A stretch of 64,000 bases of DNA from Nitrospirota bacterium. Its GTDB lineage: Bacteria; Nitrospirota; Thermodesulfovibrionia; Thermodesulfovibrionales; JdFR-86. The stretch's first letter is position 1. Each line of letters opens with the position of its first letter. The stretch is from positions 864,001-928,000 of the forward strand of contig CAVRJY010000001.1 in assembly GCA_963721805.1 (NCBI GenBank), read 5' to 3'. A model generated the notes under the pieces. The model did no database searches. It was not told the origin of the DNA and saw nothing but the letters and a program-made list of their open reading frames with translations. Below are positions 1 through 8,151 of this stretch, in pieces. A program made the translations under genes and the position numbers.

Positions 1-581
1 GCCAGAAACGTGTTAAACGCGAGCGCGGCGAGGAAAAAAGGCACCGCGAGCCCCGCCGAGTAGACCGCGAGGAGCTTAAACCCGTACATCGTCGAGCCCT
101 GCGACGAGGCGACCAATAAAATCGATCCCAGTATCGGCCCTATGCACGGGGTCCAGCCGGCGGCGAAGGTCATCCCTACTATGAATGTGCCGAAGTATCC
201 CGCGGGCTTCCCCGTGAAGTGTATCTTCTTTGTTGCCTGAAGGAAGTCCAGCCTGACGACGTCCGCGATGAAGAACCCAAATACGATGACGAGGATGCCG
301 CCGATTATGCGGATCCAGTCCTGGTACTCAAATAGTGCCTTCCCGACCAGCGAGGACGACGCACCGAGCGCTACGAAGACGAACGAGAACCCGAGAGTGA
401 AGATGAACGAGTTTTTGGCCGTGACGATGAGCACGTGCCGCCGGTTGGACTTGTCCGTAAGCTCCTCAAACGCGAGCCCGGTGATGAAGCTGACGTATGA
501 CGGCACGAGCGGCAGCACGCACGGCGAGAGGAACGATAGCACCCCGGCCAGAAACGCGAGAGGATAGCTAATCTCCTTCAT
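1..581 (-). CDS. ccdA: Cytochrome c biogenesis protein CcdA (3' end outside window)
   Basis: Manual translation of the minus strand from ATG 581: MKEISYPLAFLAGVLSFLSPCVLPLVPSYVSFITG...FAAGWTPCIGPILGSIL, the two conserved PC motifs of DsbD/CcdA. Start overlaps the mog stop (ATGA). Confidence 0.9.
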   Translation of the reverse strand, partial: MKEISYPLAFLAGVLSFLSPCVLPLVPSYVSFITGLAFEELTDKSNRRHVLIVTAKNSFIFTLGFSFVFVALGASSSLVGKALFEYQDWIRIIGGILVIVFGFFIADVVRLDFLQATKKIHFTGKPAGYFGTFIVGMTFAAGWTPCIGPILGSILLVASSQGSTMYGFKLLAVYSAGLAVPFFLAALAFNTFL

Positions 582-1063
582 CTGCCGCAGTCCTCCGTCG
601 AGCCCTTCAGTTTATCTATCGCGTGCTGCAGTACGTCTACTATAGCCATGAGGCCCTCCATCGCCGCCTTCTCGCTCCCCGGCAGGTTTATTATCATACA
701 CCGTCCCCGCGTCCCCGCGACCCCCCTGGAGAGCATCGCGCGCCGCGTGGCCTGCATACCCGCGGCCCGCATCGCCTCGGCTATGCCGGGGACCTCGCGG
801 TCTATGACCGAGCCCGTGGCCTCGGGCGTGATATCGCGTGGCGAAAGCCCGGTGCCCCCGGTCGTGAGTATCAGATCCGCCTGTTCGGAGAGCCGCAGCA
901 GGGCCTCTATTATGTTTTCCGCCTCGTCGGGGACGATCTCGGCCGAGAGCACGCTGATGCCCGCGCCCTCAAGCGCGCGGCGCAGGGCAGGGCTGCTCGT
1001 GTCCTCGCGGAGCCCGGCCGAGCCGCGGTCGCTGACCGTCAGCACGCAGGCGTTTATGGGCAT
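578..1063 (-). CDS. mog: Molybdopterin adenylyltransferase MogA/MoaB family
   Basis: VLTVSDRG...REDTS, ILTTGGTGLSPRDITPEAT, SRGVAG, IINLPGS motifs. Confidence 0.9.
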   Translation of the reverse strand: MPINACVLTVSDRGSAGLREDTSSPALRRALEGAGISVLSAEIVPDEAENIIEALLRLSEQADLILTTGGTGLSPRDITPEATGSVIDREVPGIAEAMRAAGMQATRRAMLSRGVAGTRGRCMIINLPGSEKAAMEGLMAIVDVLQHAIDKLKGSTEDCGR

Positions 1064-1491
1064 ACCACGCTGTCGCCGGGCCTGAGCTTGCCGCCCTTTA
1101 TGACCCTGATGAAGATACCCTCGCGGGGCATCACACAGTCACCGGCCTGTTCGTATATCGCACAGCGGCTGTGGCAGGTCTTGCCTATCTGCGTGACCTC
1201 GCCCACGACATCGCCGCCGAGCCTGATCCGGGTCCCTATCGGGAGCGAGACGAGGTCGATCCCCTCGGTCGTTATGTTCTCGGCGAAATCTCCGGGGCCG
1301 ACCTTGAGGCCCATCGCGAGCATCTTTTGGATGCTCTCAAGAGCGAGCAGGCTGATCTGCCTGTGCCAGTCCGGTGAGGCGTGGGCGTCGCCCTCGATCC
1401 CGAATTCGGCCCTGACCGAGGCCTCGGCCACATGGGACTTCCGCATCCCCTTTTTTTCGCTTATGTTGATAGAGACTATCGTGCCGGTCAT
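1054..1491 (-). CDS. MOSC domain protein
   Basis: GIEGDAHA, RQISLL, GDFAENITTEG, QIGKTCH...C...CVMPREGIF. Confidence 0.85.
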   Translation of the reverse strand: MTGTIVSINISEKKGMRKSHVAEASVRAEFGIEGDAHASPDWHRQISLLALESIQKMLAMGLKVGPGDFAENITTEGIDLVSLPIGTRIRLGGDVVGEVTQIGKTCHSRCAIYEQAGDCVMPREGIFIRVIKGGKLRPGDSVVCP

Positions 1492-1505
1492 CTACTCTTA
1501 AAATA

Positions 1506-2543
1506 TCACAAACATTCGGCCCGATGCGCGATCCGGCCCCCTCCGAGCACTAGGTCCCCGGCATACAGGACCGCCGACTGCCCCGGCGCTGGCGCCCAGA
1601 CCGGGCTGTCAAACTCTATGCGCAGCGTGCCCTTGCCGAGGACATGCACGGTTGCAGGCGCGGGCTCCATCATAGAGCGCACCTTGACGTCAGCCCTGAA
1701 CTCAGGCGCACCGGGCGGCACGAGCCATTGCAGATCGACGGCGGTGCAGCCGCCCTGCATCGCGTCTATGCCCACGGTGATCGTATTGCGGCCGGGGTCG
1801 ATCTCAGTAACGTACATCGGTTCGGCATGCGGGAAGTCGAGGCCCTTCCTCTGCCCCAGTGTATAGCGCTCGATGCCGTGGTGCGTGCCTACGGCCGCGC
1901 CCGAGGCGTCGAGTATGGGGCCGGGCCGTCCGGGCTCCAGCCTGCATTCCCTGAGCGCGGCGGTGTAGTCCCCGCCTTCGATGAAGCATATCTCCTGGCT
2001 GTCCTCGCGAAGGGCCGACGGCAGGCCGAAAGATGCCGCGAGCTCGCGCGTCCGGGCCTTTGTGAGTCCACCGAGCGGGAGCGTGAGCATCGAGATCGTC
2101 TCGGCCCCTATGCGGTATAGGACGTATGACTGGTCTTTCTTCGGGTCGGCTCCGCGCAGGAGCATACGGCCCTCGGTGCGCGCGTAGTGGCCGGTTGCGA
2201 CGCGTTCGGCACCGCACTGGCGCGCGTGGGCCATCAGAGATGGGAACTTAAGGCGGCGGTTGCACTCGATGCAGGGGTTCGGGGTGAGGCCGGAGGCGTA
2301 AGCCTCGGCGAAAGGCCGGATGACGAGGCGGCTGAACTCAGCTCTCAGGTCTACTACGTCCAGCGGGATCCCGAGCGCCGATGCGCTCTGCCTTGCGCTC
2401 TCAACGGCGCTCTCGCCTGAGCAGGCTTCGGAGTCCGGCGCCATCAGGAACGTGACGCCCCTGACCTCGTGGCCTTCGCGCTGAAGCAGGGCCGCCGAGG
2501 TCGAGGAGTCCACGCCACCGCTCATACCGACCAGAATTAGCAT
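1506..2543 (-). CDS. mnmA: tRNA-specific 2-thiouridylase MnmA
   Basis: GMSGGVDS PP-loop, TPNPCIECN, ATGHYAR, KDQSY, SQEICF, TLGQRKG, PAPGQSAV. Confidence 0.95.
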   Translation of the reverse strand: MLILVGMSGGVDSSTSAALLQREGHEVRGVTFLMAPDSEACSGESAVESARQSASALGIPLDVVDLRAEFSRLVIRPFAEAYASGLTPNPCIECNRRLKFPSLMAHARQCGAERVATGHYARTEGRMLLRGADPKKDQSYVLYRIGAETISMLTLPLGGLTKARTRELAASFGLPSALREDSQEICFIEGGDYTAALRECRLEPGRPGPILDASGAAVGTHHGIERYTLGQRKGLDFPHAEPMYVTEIDPGRNTITVGIDAMQGGCTAVDLQWLVPPGAPEFRADVKVRSMMEPAPATVHVLGKGTLRIEFDSPVWAPAPGQSAVLYAGDLVLGGGRIAHRAECL

Positions 2544-2644
2544 GTAAAGTGGCGTCCCTGCATGGTGTTAATTATAACCTATGAACTGATATAATTAATC
2601 CATATGAAGGCGGAGGGTACGATGGGCGGAGGGCGCCCCTCATT

Positions 2645-3988
2645 ATGACGTCCGGTCAGGACTGTGTTTTCATAGCCGACACCTCGGCGCGAGTGATCTA
2701 TTCAGACAAAAACCTGTGCTCTACGTGCGGCCTCGGCGAGACCGAGTTCCTAGGCAGGGGGCTTGTTGAGATAGCCAAACATTTCGACGCCCCGGCCGAG
2801 TTCGGGACCGTTCCCCAGAGCACGATCACGCACCTCTGCGAGAAGACGTCCAGGGAGGGCATGAAGCAGACGTTCGAGCTTTCGCTCGTGCCTGTCAGGG
2901 ACCGGGGCGGGGCGGTCTCGTCCGTAGTCGGGAGGGTCAGGGACGTCACCGACGAGGCCCGCTCTCAGGGGGTGATGAAAAAATACGCCGAGGGCCTCGC
3001 GCTCCTCTACGAACTCTCGGCCCTGTTTTTAAATGCGCGCGGGCTTAAAGAGGCGCTTACGAAGGCCCTCGATATGGTCCGGAATTATTACGACGCCGAC
3101 TGCACCCACGTGCTGTTCCCAGACGCCGGGGGCGTCGCCCTCGAGGTCTTCGCCGGGGCCGGGGATAGCGGCGGCATCGTGATCCCGGTCTCGCAAGAGG
3201 ACCAGGCCGGCGCAACGCTGCTGGACCAGTGCCCGGTGATCGTGATGGACTACGCCAAGGAGGCGCGCTACCGCCTCTCGGAATACTACGCCGCGCTCGG
3301 CATCCGCAGCGGCGTATGCGTGCCGATGTCGGCCGAGGGCCGCGTCACGGGCGTGCTCTGCATCTATTACAAGGAGCCCAGGGAGATCGACACCGGGGGG
3401 CTATGGTATATGAACGTCGTCGCCAACTCGCTCGCTGTCTATATCGAGAAGGAGCGCTCGCTGGAGAAGCTCGGCAAGTCCGAGGCGTTTCTGTCCTCGG
3501 TGCTGGAAGGCATAGGGGAGGGCGTAGTCGTCATAGACCGGGAGTTTAACATCCTCTCGGCCAACAACAGTTATTACGAGCAGGTGAAGTACGTGCCCGA
3601 TGACGCCGTCGGGCTTAAGTGCTATCAGATCTCCCACCGGATCGCCGTGCCCTGCTTCGAGGCGGGCGACGCCTGCGCCGTCAAGAAGGTCTTCGATACC
3701 GGCCGGGCGCAAAGCGAGATTCACACCCACCGCGACAAGCTCGGCAACCCCGTGCACGTCGAGACGAACGCATACCCGATATTCGACAGCAAGGGCGAAC
3801 TCGTCTCGGCGGTCGAGACGCTTACGAACATCACCGAGCGGATGCGGCTTGAGAAGGACCTCGAGAAGCGCGTGCGCGAACTCGAGGACTTCTACGAGAT
3901 GGCCGTGGGCAGGGAGCTCAAGATGATCGAGCTTAAGGAATCCATCGAGGCGCTCAGGCAGGAATTAAAGAGGCTCGGAGGGCAATGA
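2645..3988 (+). CDS. PAS-GAF-PAS sensor protein with C-terminal coiled coil, no catalytic output domain
   Basis: PAC ends (VRDVTD, LTNITER), GAF-like SGVCVPM..GRVTGVLCIY, and C-terminal ELEDFYEMAVGRELKMIELKE followed by stop. Confidence 0.75.
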   Translation: MTSGQDCVFIADTSARVIYSDKNLCSTCGLGETEFLGRGLVEIAKHFDAPAEFGTVPQSTITHLCEKTSREGMKQTFELSLVPVRDRGGAVSSVVGRVRDVTDEARSQGVMKKYAEGLALLYELSALFLNARGLKEALTKALDMVRNYYDADCTHVLFPDAGGVALEVFAGAGDSGGIVIPVSQEDQAGATLLDQCPVIVMDYAKEARYRLSEYYAALGIRSGVCVPMSAEGRVTGVLCIYYKEPREIDTGGLWYMNVVANSLAVYIEKERSLEKLGKSEAFLSSVLEGIGEGVVVIDREFNILSANNSYYEQVKYVPDDAVGLKCYQISHRIAVPCFEAGDACAVKKVFDTGRAQSEIHTHRDKLGNPVHVETNAYPIFDSKGELVSAVETLTNITERMRLEKDLEKRVRELEDFYEMAVGRELKMIELKESIEALRQELKRLGGQ

Positions 3989-5622
3989 AGCAGCGGCTGG
4001 CCTGGCCGATAGCGCTCTCCGGCTGGTTCCTGGCCGGGTTTTATCTCTATTACGAGTGGATCGAATACGGCGCCGGTCTCGGCAACCACCTCGTCTCGAC
4101 CGAATCGGGGACCGGCCTCCTGTTCCATCTGTTCATCTTCGGCGCGCCGCTGGTCTCGACCTATCTGGGCTATGTCGTCCACGAGCGCATGAAGCTCATG
4201 GGCGGCGTCAGGGAGCTTGAGGCCCGCTACCGCGACTATTTCGAGAACGCCCCGGTGGCATACCATACGGCCCTGCCCGACCAGACGCTCATGGAGGTCA
4301 ACGGCACGTGGCTGCGGCTGCTCGGATACGTGCGCGAGGAGGTCGCGGGGAGGATGAAGTTTTCAGACCTCGTGGCCCCGGCCTGCATGCAGCAATACGC
4401 GGCCTGCTGCGAGAAATTCCTCCTAGACGGCGCGGTCGACAACTCCGAACTCGTGCTCGTCAAGAAAGACGGATCGAGCGTACCGGTCATCGTCAGCGCC
4501 ACGATGGTGCGCGACGGCGCGGGCCGCCCCAGCCTCACGCGCACCATCCTGCGCGACATAAGCGAGCGCAAGGCTTATGAGGCCGCCCTCACCGGCGCGG
4601 CCGAGCAATGGAGGACCACGTTTGACTCGATGCCCTGGGGCGTGATGCTCATCGACAGGGAATACAACATAATGAGGGCCAACAAATTCGTCTCCGAGAT
4701 GTCGCAGACCGCGGTGCACGAGATAACCGGGCGCAAGTGCTTCGAGCTTATGCACGGCGGCCCGGGCCCTATCGAGGGCTGCCCCCATGCGCTCTCGATG
4801 CTGACCGGCAGCTCCAACGTCCTTGAGTACCATGAGGAGGGCTCGGCCAGGCACTACCGCATCTTCTGCAGCCCGGTCATACAAGACGGCAGGGCGCAGG
4901 CGGTCGTGCACTCCATCGTGGACATCACGGACATCAGGCAGCAGGAGCGCAAACTCCTGGACAGCCGCAACGCCTTCTTCAACATGCTCAAGGACATAAG
5001 CTCGGCCAACAGGGAGCTCCAGGAGCTCTACGACGGCCTCGTCTTCGCGTTCGCCAACGCCATCGACGCTAAGAGCCACTGGACCAAGGGCCACTCGGAG
5101 CGCGTCAGCCGCTTCGCGGTCTCGATCGCGCAGGAGATGAAGATGAAGCAGACGGACATAAACCGGCTCCGCACCGCGGCCCTGCTGCACGACATAGGGA
5201 AGATCGGCACCTACGACTACCTGCTTGACAAGCCCGAGAGGCTCACCGATGAGGAGTACGAGATAGTGAAGGAGCACCCGCTGCACTCGGCCCGGATACT
5301 CGAGCCGCTGACGCAGCTTGCGGACATCATCGACGTGATCAAGTTTCACCACGAGCGGTGGGACGGCCGCGGCTACCCGATCGGGCTTAAGGGCGAGGAC
5401 ATCCCTCAGATGGCGCGGATACTCTGCGTGGCCGACTCCTTCGACTCGATGACCGCGGACAGGCCATACCGCCCAGCGCCGGGCATAGACTACGCCATCA
5501 AGGAACTCAGGGAATGCTCCGGCACCCACTTCGACCCCGGGATCGTAGAGGTCTTCCTCGCGGTGCTCAAGCGCGAGGGCCACATGAAAGAGAGGTTTAC
5601 GTCCGCCCATGGGAGTAATTGA
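3985..5622 (+). CDS. Membrane-anchored PAS-PAS-HD-GYP cyclic-dinucleotide phosphodiesterase
   Basis: Two N-terminal hydrophobic segments, two PAS/PAC units, GHSERV, LHDIGK, HHERWDGRGYP, VADSFDSMTADRPYR. Confidence 0.9.
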   Translation: MKQRLAWPIALSGWFLAGFYLYYEWIEYGAGLGNHLVSTESGTGLLFHLFIFGAPLVSTYLGYVVHERMKLMGGVRELEARYRDYFENAPVAYHTALPDQTLMEVNGTWLRLLGYVREEVAGRMKFSDLVAPACMQQYAACCEKFLLDGAVDNSELVLVKKDGSSVPVIVSATMVRDGAGRPSLTRTILRDISERKAYEAALTGAAEQWRTTFDSMPWGVMLIDREYNIMRANKFVSEMSQTAVHEITGRKCFELMHGGPGPIEGCPHALSMLTGSSNVLEYHEEGSARHYRIFCSPVIQDGRAQAVVHSIVDITDIRQQERKLLDSRNAFFNMLKDISSANRELQELYDGLVFAFANAIDAKSHWTKGHSERVSRFAVSIAQEMKMKQTDINRLRTAALLHDIGKIGTYDYLLDKPERLTDEEYEIVKEHPLHSARILEPLTQLADIIDVIKFHHERWDGRGYPIGLKGEDIPQMARILCVADSFDSMTADRPYRPAPGIDYAIKELRECSGTHFDPGIVEVFLAVLKREGHMKERFTSAHGSN

Positions 5623-6517
5623 CTGCATTGGAAATACGCCGCTCGCATCGATAGACACCTTAAACCCAAACCCGGCCGTCAAGGTCTTCGCGAAGCTCGA
5701 GGGCAGCAACCCCGGCGGCTCGGTGAAGGACCGCATAGCGCTGCGCATGGTGAGAAACGCCGAGCGCGACGGCCTGCTCAGCCATGACAAGATCATCCTC
5801 GAGGCCACATCCGGCAACACTGGCATAGGGCTGGCGATGGTCGCCGCGGCGCTCAGCTACAGGGTCAAGCTCACGATGCCGGGCTGCGTGAGCATCGAAC
5901 GGAGGCGCATCCTCGAGGCCCTGGGCGCTGAATTGATCCTGAGCCCGGCCGAGGAGGGCACCGACGGCGCGATCCGCCTCGCCCACAAGATCATGGCCGA
6001 GGAGCCGGGGACGTACTTCATGCCCAACCAGTTTGACAACCCCGCAAACGTCGAGGCCCATTACGACACGACCGGCCGCGAGATCATCGAGCAGACCGGG
6101 GGGAAGGTTACGCACTTCGTGGCCGGGATGGGCACCTCAGGCACGCTGATGGGCGCGGGCCGGAGGCTCAAGGAGTTCAACGCCGGGATACGCATCATAG
6201 GGGCCGAGCCGGTGCTGGGCCACCGCGTGCAGGGGCTTAAGAACATGAGCGAGTCGATCGTGCCCAAGATCTTCGACCCCTCGGTGCTGGACGAGCGCCA
6301 CCTCGTCGGAGACGAGGATGCCTTCAACACCACTCGCATGCTCGCCATAAAGGAAGGCATATTCTGCGGCATGTCCAGCGGCGCTGCGATGAGCCTCGCG
6401 CTCAAGAAGTCCTCCGAGCTCAAGGAGGGGCTCATAGTCGTCATACTCCCTGACCGCGGCGACCGCTACCTTTCGACCGCGCTCTTCACCTCGGTGTGCG
6501 GCAAGTGCCCGCCCTAG
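5609..6517 (+). CDS. cysM: Cysteine synthase (O-acetylserine sulfhydrylase, CysK/CysM family)
   Basis: IGNTPL, KLEGSNPGGSVKDR (PLP lysine), EATSGNTGIG, NQFDNPAN, GMGTSGT, PDRGDRYLS; the cysM vs cysK assignment is tentative. Confidence 0.85.
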   Translation: MGVIDCIGNTPLASIDTLNPNPAVKVFAKLEGSNPGGSVKDRIALRMVRNAERDGLLSHDKIILEATSGNTGIGLAMVAAALSYRVKLTMPGCVSIERRRILEALGAELILSPAEEGTDGAIRLAHKIMAEEPGTYFMPNQFDNPANVEAHYDTTGREIIEQTGGKVTHFVAGMGTSGTLMGAGRRLKEFNAGIRIIGAEPVLGHRVQGLKNMSESIVPKIFDPSVLDERHLVGDEDAFNTTRMLAIKEGIFCGMSSGAAMSLALKKSSELKEGLIVVILPDRGDRYLSTALFTSVCGKCPP

Positions 6518-6533
6518 GGGGCATATCCACGGC

Positions 6534-6549
6534 CGTCAAAATAATGACG
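6534..6549. promoter_or_regulatory. Palindromic putative enhancer (bEBP upstream activator site)
   Basis: CGTCAAAATAATGACG (GTC-N8-GAC dyad, FleQ/NtrC-type geometry) about 150 bp upstream of a sigma54 consensus. Confidence 0.45.
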
Positions 6550-6697
6550 TTCTGTACGGATTTGTATGTCATGCATTTCTCGCTTAAAGGGTAAAACATT
6601 CCGCGTCCTGATTGGACACTAAGGGGTAACTTTTACTGATAGCGCAAATCCACCTGTAAAATAACGGAAATATTATGAGATCCCGATCTCCGAAACT

Positions 6698-6713
6698 TGG
6701 CACGGCGGTTGCA
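6698..6713 (+). promoter_or_regulatory. sigma54 (-24/-12) promoter
   Basis: TGGCACG-GCGG-TTGCA matches TGGCACG-N4-TTGCW exactly, directly upstream of the GGDEF gene. Confidence 0.8.
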
Positions 6714-6724
6714 TATCAATCGTC

Positions 6725-7807
6725 ATGATGAACAGGGCCAACGGCAAGGGGATGATCGGCAGGATGCTTAGCCGCACGACGGCCGCCCTCCATATCGTAT
6801 CCCACAAGACGAAGAGCGCCGACTACATGGCGCTGAGCCGCTACATCATAAACATCAATACGCTTACGGACATAGACGGGGTGCTCGGCGAGGTCTCCGT
6901 ATGCTTGAGCGAACTCCTCAACTACGAGGTCTTCGGTTTTGCGCTAAAGGACCAGAGCGGCTTTGACGTCTGGGTGGACCCCCGCACGCACAGCGAGCAG
7001 GTGCTGGGCATGGTGGAGCGCGATTTCGGCGGCCCGATGCAGGGCTACAGCCTGCACCACTTCAGCGAGGAGCACGAAGACGCCGCGGCCCCTGACGGCG
7101 CGGACTTCGAGGGGATGCTCTCCTATAGCGTGGCCGGCTCGAACGAGGCCCGGCTGTACGTGCAGCCCCGCAAGAAGATGCTCCCCCGCCACCACGAAAT
7201 CATGGAGGCGGTCGTAAGGTCGCTGGGCGTCGCTATCGGAAACTTGCAGAGGCTCCGCCGCCTCGAGGCCGAGGCCTCCATAGACCCCCTGACCGGCTGC
7301 TACAACCGCAGGACTTTCGAGCGGTTCATATCCCACGAGATCTCCAACGCCAAGCGCCACGGCGGCGCGATCACGATGATAATGTTCGACCTCGACCACT
7401 TCAAGAGGATCAACGACACGTACGGCCACCAGGCCGGCGACCAGGTGCTCGCGGAAGTCAGCGCCTTGGCAAGGAAGACCATCCGCTCAAGCGACTACGT
7501 CGTGCGCTACGGCGGCGAGGAGTTCGTGATAGTGCTCCACAAGTGCGGGCTCTACAGGGGCATGGTGCTTGCCGAGCGGCTGCGCCGCGAGATCGAGGGC
7601 ATGGACGTCAGCCTCCCGGACGGCCGCGTCATCAAGCTTACGTCGAGCTTCGGCGTGGCGACGCTGCGCGAGGACCAGAGCCTCGAGCCGTTCATCCGCG
7701 AGGCCGACATGATGCTGTATCAGGCCAAGAAGACCCGCAATACGGTCGTGCCGTCTCTGGACGTCCACTCCGCCTTCAGGCTCCAGCCCGCGTTGTCCGC
7801 CTGCTGA
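6725..7807 (+). CDS. Diguanylate cyclase (GGDEF) with degenerate GAF-like N-terminus; true start probably a downstream ATG (6751 or later)
   Basis: DPLTGCYNRR, FDLDHFKRINDTYGHQAGD, RSSD I-site, RYGGEEF. Confidence 0.9.
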   Translation: MMNRANGKGMIGRMLSRTTAALHIVSHKTKSADYMALSRYIININTLTDIDGVLGEVSVCLSELLNYEVFGFALKDQSGFDVWVDPRTHSEQVLGMVERDFGGPMQGYSLHHFSEEHEDAAAPDGADFEGMLSYSVAGSNEARLYVQPRKKMLPRHHEIMEAVVRSLGVAIGNLQRLRRLEAEASIDPLTGCYNRRTFERFISHEISNAKRHGGAITMIMFDLDHFKRINDTYGHQAGDQVLAEVSALARKTIRSSDYVVRYGGEEFVIVLHKCGLYRGMVLAERLRREIEGMDVSLPDGRVIKLTSSFGVATLREDQSLEPFIREADMMLYQAKKTRNTVVPSLDVHSAFRLQPALSAC

Positions 7808-7914
7808 GCCACAATCTTCCGGCAGGCCATTGCCCACGTACTTGCGAAACCTTTAAAATCAGCAGCCTCATGGTTTATAATTGTTGATTCTGATTACGCG
7901 TTACGGAGCGGGCG

Positions 7915-8151
7915 ATGAATAAACTTAACTGTTGGGAATGGAAGAAGTGCGGCCGCGAGGCCGGCGGGAAGCTGGCGACGAAGTTCGGAGTCTGTCCGGC
8001 GTATCCCGATGGCGGCCAGCGCTGCGCGCGGGTAGCGGGCACCTTATGCGGCGGCAAGGTGCAGGGCACTTTCGCCAGCAAGTTTTTAAACTGCATGAAG
8101 TGCGATTTCTACCTCAGCAGCAACTACGACACCGGGTACAGGGGACTTTAG
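7915..8151 (+). CDS. Small Cys-rich two-CW-type domain protein
   Basis: NCWEWKKCGRE...CPA...CARVAGTLCGG...CMKCDFY; GGAG RBS upstream. Confidence 0.7.
   Translation: MNKLNCWEWKKCGREAGGKLATKFGVCPAYPDGGQRCARVAGTLCGGKVQGTFASKFLNCMKCDFYLSSNYDTGYRGL

Noticed and set aside
4423..5826. 467-aa minus-strand ORF, and similar long antisense ORFs (11702-12658, 14811-16292, 24360-25499, 61079-62080)
   Set aside because: Shadow frames of well-supported genes; stop codons are scarce in GC-rich DNA and the translations show no family motifs.
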